A stretch of DNA of 64,000 bases, from assembly GCA_002269645.1 (NCBI GenBank), contig NIVC01000928.1:248001-312000 (forward strand), in the 5' to 3' direction. The stretch comes from Macrostomum lignano (Eukaryota). Position numbers and translations under genes: made by a program. Shown in pieces: positions 37,501 through 49,500 of this stretch (position 1 is the first letter of the stretch; every line of letters begins with the position of its first letter). Below the pieces are notes generated by a model. The model saw only the letters and a list, made by a program, of their open reading frames with translations, was not told the DNA's origin and did not search any database.

Positions 37501-40500
37501 ATTCTCCCGTTTATTTCAGATCCCCGTTTTCCCCTTATTTCAGATCCCCATTCTCCCCTTATTTCATATCCTCATCATCCCCTTGTTTCAGATCCCCATT
37601 CTTCCCTTATTTCAGATCCCCATTCTTTCCCATTATGTCAGATCTGAATTCTCCCCTTACTTCCAATCCTCATTCTCCCCTTCAGATCCCCACCCTTCCC
37701 TTATTTCAGATCCTCATTCTCCCCTCGATCTCCTTGACCTTCAAAACTCACCCGAATCTCGGCCAGCCTGTCGGCCGCCCCGGCCACCCAGGCATCAAGC
37801 TGAGCCAGCCGGTCGTCCAGCTCAGCCCAGTCCTGAGCGAGGGTCTCCATCTGGTTAGTTCGCTGAGCAGCTGCCAGCTTCACTGCCCGAGCCACCTGGC
37901 CCAAGCGGGCGTGCTGAACGGAGTGCCGGGCCGCCTCGCGCGGGTCTAAGCGACGCCGAGCCTTGATGAAGGAGGTCGATAGTATCTTAGACATGTTTGG
38001 AATCCCTTGATTAGAATTCTTCAAACCAAAATCGCCCCTGATTAGAATCCTTCAAAATCGCCCCTGATTAGAATCCTTCAAAATCGCCCCTGATTAGAAT
38101 CCTTCAAACCGAAATCGCCTGATTAGAATCCTTCAAACCAAAATCGCCCCTGATTAGAATCCTTCAAAATCGCCCCTGATTAGAATCCTTCAAAATCGCC
38201 CCTGATTAGAATCCTTCAAACCAAAATCGCCCCTGATTAGATTCCTTCAAACCAAAATCGCCCCTGATTAGATTCCTTCAAACCAAAATCGCCCCTGATT
38301 AGATTCCTTCAAACCAAAATCGCCCCTGATTAGATTCCTTCAAACCAAAATCGCCCCTGATTAGATTCCTTCAAACCAAAATCGCCCGATTAGAATCCTT
38401 AAAAATCGCCCCTGATTAGAATCCTTCAAAATCGCCCCTGATTAGATTCCTTCAAACCAAAATCGCCCGATTAGAATCCTTAAAAATCGCCCCTGATTAG
38501 AATCCTTAAAAATCGCCCCTGATTAGAATCCTTAAAAATCGCCCCTGATTAGAATCCTTAAAAATCGCCCCTGATTAGAATCCTTCAAACCAAAATCGCC
38601 CGATTAGAATCCTTAAAAATCGCCCCTGATTAGAATCCTTCAAAATCGCCCCTGATTAGAATCCTTCAAACCAAAATCGCCCGATTAGAATCCTTAAAAA
38701 TCGCCCCTGATTAGAATCCTTCAAACCAAAATCGCCCGATTAGAATCCTTAAAAATCGCCCCTGATTAGAATCCTTCAAACCAAAATCGCCCCTGATTAG
38801 AATCCTTCAAACCAAAATCGCCCCTGATTAGAATCCTTCAAACCAAAATCGCCCCTGATTAGAATCCTTCAAACCAAAATTGTCCGATTAGAATCCTTCA
38901 AAATCGCCCTGAGTACTCTCGAAAGCAGTCAATGCCTGACATCTACCTGCTCAAGCGTTGCCTCGTGAGTCTCCAGGCCCTCAAAGAAGGCCCGATGCTG
39001 CTGCTGCTGCCGCCGAACGTCGGCCGAATCAGCGGCAGTCAGGGAAGCCTCGGCCAGCTTGGATTCGGCAGTCTCCAGGTACTCAGCCCAGCTGTGCAGC
39101 ATCTGCTCGTACTGAGCCTGGCTGGTCTGGATTCTGTGCAGCTCCTGGCGCCGCTCAGTCACCCGGACTCGAAGCTCCTCCCAGTCGATGCGCAGGCTCT
39201 GCAGCTCGCCAGATCTGTCCGCTTCGCTGAACTGCGGCGCCCGTTCCAGGATGCGGCCGCCTTTGCGAGTGAGCTCGGCCAGCTTGGCCTCGTACTGCCG
39301 GATGGTGGCCTCCAGCAGCTGCAGGTGTGTGGGATTTGAATGGGGGATTTTACTGGGGAAGTTGAGGCTATGTTAACGAGTCGATTTCGGCAGGTTAATT
39401 TGATAACTTGGAATTGGCAGTTGAAGCGCTGTTGGATGGTAGCTGAGTGGTATCTGAGAGGTAGTTGAGGGTAGCTGAGTAGTATCGGAGGGGTAGTTGA
39501 GTGGTAGTTGAAGGGTAGCTGAGGGGTAGTTGAGGAGTAGTTTAGTGGTAGTTGAAGGGTGCTGAAGGGTAGCTGAGAGATAGTTGAGGAGTAGTTAAGT
39601 GGTAGTTGAAGGGTAGCTGAGGGGTAGTTGAGGAGTAGTTTAGTGGTAGTTGAAGGGTAGCTGAGGGGTAGTTGAGGAGTAGTTTAGTGGTAGTTGAAGG
39701 GTAGCTGAAGGGTAGCTGAGAGATAGTTGAGGAGTAGTTAAGTGGTAGTTGAATGGTAGCTGAGGGGTAGTTGAAGAGTAGTTGAGTAGTAGTTGAATGG
39801 TAGCTGAGGGGTAGCTGAGTGCTAGTTTAGCAGGTATTTGAGAGGTAGCTGAGGAGAAGTTGAAGCATTAGCAAATATTACCGATGGAGGGTTTGGTGAC
39901 AGGCAATACCTAGCTATTTGAAAATACAAAACCGATCCAATCAAGTCGCTCACCTGACTGTCCCGCATCTGCTGCTCAACTGGAGCTGAGGAGTCTCTCG
40001 AAGCTTCGTACTGCCTCCGGCTGGCCTCCAGCTGCGCCCGAACCCGGGCGATCTCGTCTTTGAAGCCGCGCCACTCGCGCTGGCACTCGTTCAGTCGGGC
40101 CTGCCTCCGCTGGGCGCACTGCTCAAGCAGACTCAGCCTACCGTCCAGGTCCGCCACCGACTCCATGGCCAGGTCGGCCGCGCGTTCCCCGCCCGCCAGG
40201 CTGCCCACAACAGCCGGCGTGGCGTCGGACAGACGCTGGGATTGGTCGCAAATTCTTGACAGCTCTTCTAGTAGGATCTGCGAGAGTTTGAGAGTTTTTT
40301 GGGAGAATCGATTCGATTGGTCAGTAGCGGTCATTTGAGGACAACAGTTGGGTTAAAGTCGGTGACTTGTTGTTCAGGACCAATGTCAATGTCTTGGAAC
40401 ACGGGTGCTGAAAATACCATAGACTTAGGTCATCTGAGGACACAAGTGTTAAAAATACCACAGACTTAGGTCATCTGAGGACACGAGTGTTAAACATACC

Positions 40501-43500
40501 ATAGACTTAGGTCATCTGAGGACACAAGTGTTGAACATACCATAGACTTAGGTCATCTGAGGACACAAGTGTTTAAAATACCATAGACTTAGGTCATCTG
40601 AGGACACAAGTGTTAAAAATACCATAGACTTAGGTCATCTGAGGACACAAGTGTTAAAAATACCATAGACTTAGGTCATCTGAGGACACAAGTGTTAAAA
40701 ATACCATAGACTGGGGTCATCTGAGGAAACGAGTGTTAAAAATACCATAGACTGGGGTCATCTGAGGACGAGTGTTAAAAATACCATAGACTTAGGTCAT
40801 CTGAGGACACAAGTGTTAAAAATACCATAGACTGGGGTCATCTGAGGAAACGAGTGTTAATACCATAGACTGGGGTCATCTGAGGACGAGTGTTAAAAAT
40901 ACCATAGACTTAGGTCATCTAGCTGAGGACACAAGTGTTAAAAATACCATAGACTGGGGTCATCTAAGGACGAGTGTTAAAAATACCATAGACTGGGGTC
41001 ATCTGAGGACGAGTGTTAAAAATACCATAGACTGGGGTCATCTGAGGAAACGAGTGTTAATACCATAGACTGGGGTCATCTGAGGACGAGTGTTAAAAAT
41101 ACCATAGACTTAGGTCATCTAGCTGAGGACACAAGTGTTAAAAATACCATAGACTGGGGTCATCTGAGGACGAGTGTTAAAAATACCATAGACTGGGGTC
41201 ATCTGAGGACGAGTGTTAAAAATACCATAGACTGGGGTCATCTGAGGAAACGAGTGTTAAAAATACCAGACTGGAGTCATCTGAGGACGAGTGTTAAAAA
41301 TACCATAGACTGGGGTCATCTGAGGAAACGAGTGTTAAAAATACCAGACTGGAGTCATCTGAGGACGAGTGTTAAAAATACCATAGACTTAGGTCATCTA
41401 GCTGAGGACACAAGTGTTAAAAATACCATAGACTGGGGTCATCTGAGGAAAAGTGTTAATACCATAGACTGGGGTCATCTGAGGACGAGTGTTAAAAATA
41501 CCATAGACTTAGGTCATCTAGCTGAGGACACAAGTGTTAAAAATACCATAGACTGGGGTCATCTGAGGACGAGTGTTAAAAATACCATAGACTGGGGTCA
41601 TCTGAGGACGAGTGTTAAAAATACCATAGACTGGGGTCATCTGAGGACGAGTGTTAAAAATACCATAGACTGGGGTCATCTGAGGACGAGTGTTAAAAAT
41701 ACCATAGACTGGGGTCATCTGAGGAAACGAGTGTTAAAAATACCAGACTGGAGTCATCTGAGGACGAGTGTTAAAAATACCATAGAAGGGGGTCATCTGA
41801 GGATACGACACGAGTGCAGGTAAGAGCCTAGACTGAGGTCATCTGAGGACACGCGTGGACGTATACTGGAAGACGTTTAAGAATGAGAACGAGGCCATAC
41901 CAAAGTTCATTTGAGGACAAAGGGAGAACATACGCAGGCAGAATGGAGGTCATTTAAAAGCTTAATCGTGTCTTGAATACTCATTTCGTGAACAGCATGT
42001 ACAGAAGTTTGCAAAGTGAATTGTGAATAAATGTAGAGTATCGTATCGTAGCTCAAGCGAATTTTAAGCTCTCGGTTAGATGATACAAATATAACCTAGT
42101 TAATTTACCTGAAATCTGTATAAGAATTGAAATGATGACTGCAAGTTGTTGCAAAAATGAAACGCTTGATTAAATGCTCAATATGGTGGACATATTTCAA
42201 AGTTAAACAGTTAAATAAAAGACAATTACTCACATCTAAAGCGGGTCCACTCTCGGTTGAGTCAGTCTGGGAACGGAACAGACGCGATTCAACACCGTCC
42301 AGAGCTGATGAGACGGCAAGCAGAGCAGCCTGATAGCGGCGCTGCTGCTCTTGACGACCCTGTGATTGAATCTGTTGACTCTCGGTGGCTGACTGACGGC
42401 TCAGTCTAGTCATAGCTGCTGACAATTGCGATAGGGCGTTATTGAGCTCAAGGCTGGCTTTAGTTGGCGACTCTGATGGATCTACAGCTTGTAGAGACGC
42501 TGGCCGAGTCTGAAAAAAAACAAATAATAAATAATTGACAATGCTTTCATTACCGGACGAAATGCCTTTAAAAACGTCAAAATTCTGATGACAAGCAGAA
42601 CGAATCCGATTGCGCAAGACATTCAACTTTCAGGTTTCAGCGATGCATAAACAATAATCATATTCATTAGTAAGTTGTAAAGGGACATACATGCGATATA
42701 TAAAGACATTAAAAAACATACTAATATGCACTTTCAGCTTGATTTCCGCGCAATTCGTTGATGCTAAACCTAATTGTACATTGCTAAATTTAATCAAGTT
42801 TTTTACAATCAAAGCTCTACATTTGTACATTTGATTTAATTTTAACACTTCCTCCGACTAGATAAGGCAAGCCTCGATTATAAGGGGGGCCGTAGCTCAG
42901 CGGTAGCGCAGCTGCTCTGGTGTGCCAGCGACCCAGGCTCGATTCCAAGTGCAGTCACATTAATTTGGGGCTGAATTGGAATCTCGGCTTGGCTCTGCTC
43001 GTGCAATTAACGGCCTTGAGAGCCAACCCCCCAAGGCGCAGTGAAGTGTACATGCCTAACGATAATATAAAGTTAGGGCCGCTGTACACTCCTGTGTGAG
43101 TGTGTGCCTGCGTACGTATCCGCACGCTTGTATGCCTGCTCAGGGGAGTCGGCGGAATGGGCAGTAATGCCTCTCGCCGGTTGTGTGCCTATGTCGCTTA
43201 AAGTGCGCCAGGGTGCACACAACCCCCCTGCCTCTAATAAAAAAAAGCCTCGATTATATAGCGCCGGCCGGGGTGTGGGAGAAGATTGAAAAACAGGCAA
43301 TAAAATTCGCGACGGGGTGCCTGATCTTGTTTTTGTCTACTAGGGTTAGGCTAAGGTTGATCGATAGTTCAGCCGCGTCGTCTCTCTATCCCCCATTCCC
43401 CCTCCAATGTATGTACACCGAAGGCACTAGCCACAAATAGTGGAATGTACATTAAATATCAAACCACATCACACTGAATGTCACAGCAGCACAGCATAAT

Positions 43501-46500
43501 CACCGATCACTCAGCTCACTCATGCAGTGCCTTACAATCGGGAAAAATATAAAGAGCCTTCGTTTCTGCTCGTTTTCGAGCAGAAAAGATCATGCAAGAA
43601 AAACATTGGGTTCGATATCACATCAGCAGCAAGCTCGATTCAACTTGGCTAATCTAAGCACACTATAGCTATTCTGCACTTATCAAGACCTAAAGGCATT
43701 GCGTTGTACTTTTCCAAACAAGCTAATCGTTTAGTCAGTAGACAGATCTCGGCGGCAACAGTCGGTAAACGGTGAGCAGACAGTCGGCCGATAAGAACAT
43801 ACAAGTGAGCAGAATGAATGGTAGAAGGACCAAAAGAAGCAGCAGCTGAAAATTGATAGTTAAAAACAACAATAGTTGTTCTTCAGACTCTATACGGTTA
43901 CGTTCGTCATCTCGATTTAGGAAAATGTTTACAGCCGAAAATTCGATACTCAAATGCAACACGGTCGTTCATGCCAAACACGAAACAACACTTACGACAA
44001 GCAATAGGACTGCCAATTTTCTAAGAATATTAGATTTATTGGCATTAGTACTTTCGTCCTAAATGGGAAATTAACAAAATGGTGGACACGAAAATGTTTT
44101 TTTGATGTCGTGTGATTTTCAGGTAGACAAAAGAACCTCTGCATAGCTTTTGCTTACCCCAGAATCAACAGCCTGAACAGTTTCATCGCGCCGCCTTCTA
44201 ATATGCCGAGAAATGTTGCTAAGCTGCTCGTCCAGTTGAGCTTGCAATTCGTCAGAATCGTCGTACACTGGCTCGTCAGAGAGTTCCAGACGTTCGAAAT
44301 CGTTGCCGAGACTCTGTATCAGACTGTGATGATCTTGGATGCCGCTTTGAAGACGCTGCAAATTTAGATCGATTTCAATGTCAAATATTGATATTGATTC
44401 GATATCGCTTGCTTCTATCGTAGAAGCTTCCTGTATAGCATTGTTATTGTTGGCGTCGTGTTCCATAAATACTGGGAGCAGGTTTAATACGGTGAACACA
44501 CAGGGAGATTGATCCCTTGGCTTTGAATAACGGGTCAACGGGAGGCCTGCGGACGACCCGACTTTTAACCGCGTGTTTGCAGCTAAGAAGCGCGGCAGGG
44601 GGTCTTCTAACCACCCCCAAAACTTGCGCCAAGTTGGATTTCCAACGTACAATGAAGTGGGGGAATGGGGGAGCTAGCTGGGTAGAAGTTTTTGGAGCTA
44701 ATGTACATTGGGCAATAAAATAGGTTGCGTACATTCAAATCATCCGACTTGACCAATCCCTTTAAAAATGGTTGGGCTGGGTGGGTCTGGCGCAGTTTGT
44801 GATTTTTTATTTAAACATTATTTAACAGCCTAAACAGTTTTTTACACAGCTATAAAAGTCTACAAGTGTACAGTGAATGTACACTATTAAAACGGCTTGA
44901 GTTTAAACCAGCCAAGTACATGAGCGATGATAAATAATCTTGTACAGTTTTCTATTGTAGTTTTGCACTTTATTGGTGACGCAAAAGAACTTACTAATAG
45001 ATTAAGCTTGAATTTTAATTTCTCAAATTTCAAACCTTTCAGAGAACTTTCAGGCAAGCAGTAGACGATTTTGAATTACAACAACAACAAAATAAATTGT
45101 CAGCCAGCCAGGCGTGAGGCGTGAATGACAAGAATAGAGCATCAAAAACATACATAACAGCACTCACCATAGCCAAGCCCTCCTCAGCGGCTCGTCTTTG
45201 TCGGCCAATCTCGGCGGCCTCCGCGTGCTGCTGTTGTCGCCGAACTCGGTACTCGGTGCTGTCAACCGATTCGGCATCCGCTGCAGCATCTGCTCCAGCT
45301 GGCGCGGCAGGTGGCGCTCGTTCTGCAGCTTTGGCCGCTTCCCTTAGCGCCACCTGACGCTCAATACAGTCATTCTTCAACGCCTCCATCGCTTCTTGCA
45401 ACGCGTGCAACCTGTTCTCAATTGGCCGGCGCTCGTCCGGCGACTCAAACTCGCACAGCTGATTATAGTGCACCTGGGCATCGCTGAGCTCCTGCAGTCG
45501 GCTATTGAGCTCCGAGTTGATCGACCGACAGGCTTCAATGGCTGCGTCTGGATCAGCGGCACTGCTCACAGACTGCGCTAGTCGAGTCTCAGCCTGGCTA
45601 GTCCAGGCTTCAAGTCGGCCAGTGTCATCCAACAGGCGCGTCCGAGCATTCTGATGACGCTCCCGATCGCGCGCCGTCTGCAGAATCTTTTTCTTCTTCT
45701 GTTCGGCCAGATCTTTCAAGGATTTCTCTTTTTTCTGCAGCGCAGTCAAGCTCTTCTGCATGGCCTCTTCGTCGTCTTTGCTGGACGACTCGCACAGCTC
45801 GAGACCGAGTCGCACCAGCGAATCAATCTCCTGACTGATCACCTCGACTTCGATCATCAGATTCTCGTGCTCAGTTGTGCACTCATCTAACGAAGCGGCG
45901 TTGCGCGGATCGAGACTGTCCAGACTCTGCTTAGTAGAGTCCATCCTCATGGCCACCGTGCGCAGACGCTCGTTGAACTCTTCTTGACGCGTTAGCGTGC
46001 GCTTCAGTTCCGCTTCTTTGGCGCGTAACTGGGTGGCAGAGAATTAAACTGATGTCTGGAGTTAACTGATTACAACTTTATCAGCGAGAGGCGGAGTGGG
46101 GTGGGCTTTTTTGTCAATGTACATTGGCTGCAGCGACTGGAGCGGGGAAAGAGGGTCCCTGACTGGATGTACAGAGAGGGTCCCCGACTGGATGTACAGA
46201 GAGGGTCTCCGGCTGGATGTACAGAGGGTCCCCGACTGGATGTACAGAGAGGGCCCCCGGCTGAATGTACAGAGGGTCCCCGACTGGATGTACAGAGAGG
46301 GTCCCCGGCTGAATGTACAGAGAGGGTCCCCGGCTGAATGTACAGAGAGGGTCCCCGGCTGAATGTACATATCACGGCTTAAGCGGGGGGAGAGAGGGTC
46401 CCCGACTGAATGTAGAGAGAGGGTCCCCGACTGGATGTACAGAGAGGGTCCCCGGCTGAATGTACATATCATGGCTTAAGCGGGGCAGAGAGGATCCCCG

Positions 46501-49500
46501 ACTGAATGTACAGAGAGGGTCCCCGGCTGAATGTACATATCACGGCTTAAGCGGGGCAGAGAGGATCCCCGACTGAATGTACAGAGAGGGTCCCCGGCTG
46601 AATGTACATATCACGGCTTAAGCGGGAGAGAGGATCCTCGACTGAATGTACAGAGAGGGTCCCTGGCTGAATATACCAGTACAGAGAGGGTCCCCGGCTG
46701 AATGTACACTTGTTAAAAGTTCAAGAAATGCAGGTAAAAATGCTGGAAGATGTTGAAAGTCAAAAAAGGTTCAGCAGGATAGTGGACTGGATTGAAAAAT
46801 TTATACACTCGTAGGAAAAGTAGGTTCACACTCCTCCAAGGCTCGTAAATGAGCTTAATAATAATACCGATAAAATATGTACGAAATAATTACCATAATA
46901 CTTGTCACAGGTTTTTATGGAATCCAAATGAAGATGGCGATGGCGAGATTTCAAATTAGAAAATCAAAAATTAGGAGTAATGAAGCGAAGAGGCGGAATA
47001 CTTCAAGTATGAATGAACGAATTAATTCTTAAATGCAAGGCGCTCTATAAAGAAAGCAGAACCCTCATTGATATTAATAAGCTTTATAGCAGTCATACAT
47101 CGTGAACATTGCAGCCTGCACAACAAGTGTACCAGAATCTGTGCTAAATTTACAAGTCAGGCTAATGGTGTGTTTATTCCAACTGCCGGAGAGAGACAGT
47201 TGAAATCGGTTGTGGCGCGTGCAGACAGCCACAAATTGTGGGTAGGATGTAGAGAGCGGTTGCCCCGAGGTTTTGCGCAGCTAGACGTGTAGAGTCAGTC
47301 GAATTCAGGCATCAACAGTAAACTAAGGACAGGAAGTGAGATATAGTTATGAATGGTCTGCGAGCCGGTATTGAACTCACCTTGCCGTGCATGCTGGTCA
47401 CCCGCTCATCGATCTGCTCCTCGGTTAGAGCTCTGGCCTCCTCAGCTGGCACAGCATCGATTGTGGTGCTGCTGGCGGCCATTTCGGACGACCTCTCAGC
47501 TGTAGCTGACGAGTCTGACCTGACGGGCCGGTCCTGCGTATTCCAGAACACAACAACCTCGCCGTCGGCAAGAGACTGCGTAGCGCCTTGCAGGCTGTAG
47601 GTCTCGCCCTCGCCAAGGTACATCGCGTCGCCAGCTCGAAGCAGTCGCGACCGGAAGTTCACAGTGACAACGGTCTCCCGGTCGAGCGGAACCGCCATGG
47701 CCCGACGACACCGATGGAAGTCCAGCGGCACCAGCAGCCTCGGCTGTTGGCCAGTCGGTCTGGCAGACTGCTCGGCGCTGTTCACGAAGCTGACCCGATC
47801 GGCCGGCTGCAGGCGCACCGGCTCGCCTGGCTGCACAGTCACTGGCAATTCGTTCACTAGCACAGTCTCGTACGGGTCCACCCACACAACTTGCTGCCTC
47901 TGCTGCTCGGCCAGCGAGTACACGCAGATGACCTGATCGGCCGGGCTGTAGCACAGGCTGGACCCAACTTTGGCCTCCTGCATCGGCCCGATCAGGTGCA
48001 GCTCATTGGCGACTACCGGAGTCGCTTCTCCGTCGCGCACGATCGGAGTTTCGGCGTCCACACGACACCAGGATCGGCGAAGACGGCTCCAGCTGCTGGC
48101 GGCCCCGGGCCTCGTCGCTGCCACTGCGGTCGCGGCGCAGGAAGCGAATCTCGTTTGGCCTGGCCGAGGGCTGCCGTTCGCCGTCCAGCTGGATGGAGTC
48201 TCCGGGTTTCAGCATCGAGAGTGTCGCCGAATCATCGTCAGGCGGTTGATCGTTGATGAGCACTGCTTGGCGATCGGGATTGACGGTCAGGATCGAGACA
48301 GTCTCGTGGCTGATGCTGAGGGCATCGTCGGGCGTGCAGAATCTCTGGGCCCGGGTGGCGCGGGTGCAGCAGAAGACTGCGACGGCTGAGGCGGCGGCGG
48401 CATCGCTTCGAGACGATGGAACGCAGCGTCGAGTTCGTTGGCGCCGCGGCTGGAGACAGCGAGATGCGGTCTGACCGGCTCCTCGTCTGGTGCCGCTGGC
48501 GACTGCTACGGTGGTTTTTTTAAAGATGAGAGACGGATTTTAAAACAAATTCCACAGCTTCCGGCTTTGAATATAAGCACATTGGGTTTGCTCAAGCACA
48601 GAGGTTCGCCTTCTGCTTCTGGTCTTTAACCTACTCGTACTGCTCGCTGGGTTGGTCTGAAACTATTCGCTTCTACCTCTGTCTGTCTCTCTCTCTCTAT
48701 GCGCACAGTCGGGGGCATTTATTAATTCTTGGCTTATTTATTGTTCATTCTCAAATTCGTCTGCATTATTGTCCGCAGCTCCTAACGAAAAACCCATGCA
48801 GTTTTAATTTATTCTACTACTCGACCGCATCTTCATTCAGTCGGTTTGAAGTAAAAAAAGCTGCTATTTGAGTCAAGGCGTGTCTCACGTTCTATTTGCA
48901 GTGATGAGGTGGTGGCGGTCTGCTGGACAGAGACGCACACGAGCCTTTAGAGAAATAGAACACCCCAGGGTGTGCAGTTTGCGCACTATGTCGGCACCGA
49001 ATACAGAGTACAATAAACAACAGATCTTACATCAATTAGAAATTCCATACAGACTACCGAACTAAGTAGTAAGTAAAGAAGATAAAGCTCGTAGTTACCT
49101 GAGCGGCGCTGCGAGCCTCTAGCTGGGCCAGTTCGGCAGCCAGTCTCTCGTACTCGGGGTCCGACTCGGACAAGCCGCCAGTTGTTCGCAGCGTCTCCAA
49201 TTCGTAGCGCAGAGTTTTCACGTTGCGCGCGAGTTCGAGCGACTCACGCTCGGCGGCTGCTGCGGCCACGCCTGCCCGGCTGGAGGCGCCGCTGCCGCGA
49301 CCGCGGCCGGCCTTCAACGCCGCGAGATCGTCGACGTCGGCCGCTGGGTACTGGGACTTTTTAGGAGACTCGCTAGCACTTCCTGCTGATACTGACTCGG
49401 ACTCTGATGCCTCCTTAGCTGGCGACCCTTCCACACTTCTTACTGGAGAGGCCTCGAAACTCTGAGATTCTTTCGTAGGCGACGCGTCCGCGCTAGTAAG

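Noticed and set aside
6002-41850. CRISPR-like appearance of the 23-45-bp arrays
   Set aside because: No unique spacers between repeats, no cas genes, and a eukaryotic intronic context.
42884-42960. tRNA gene
   Set aside because: A and B boxes are present, but there is no proper cloverleaf or acceptor stem. It continues into a body, A tail and TSD, so it is a SINE head.
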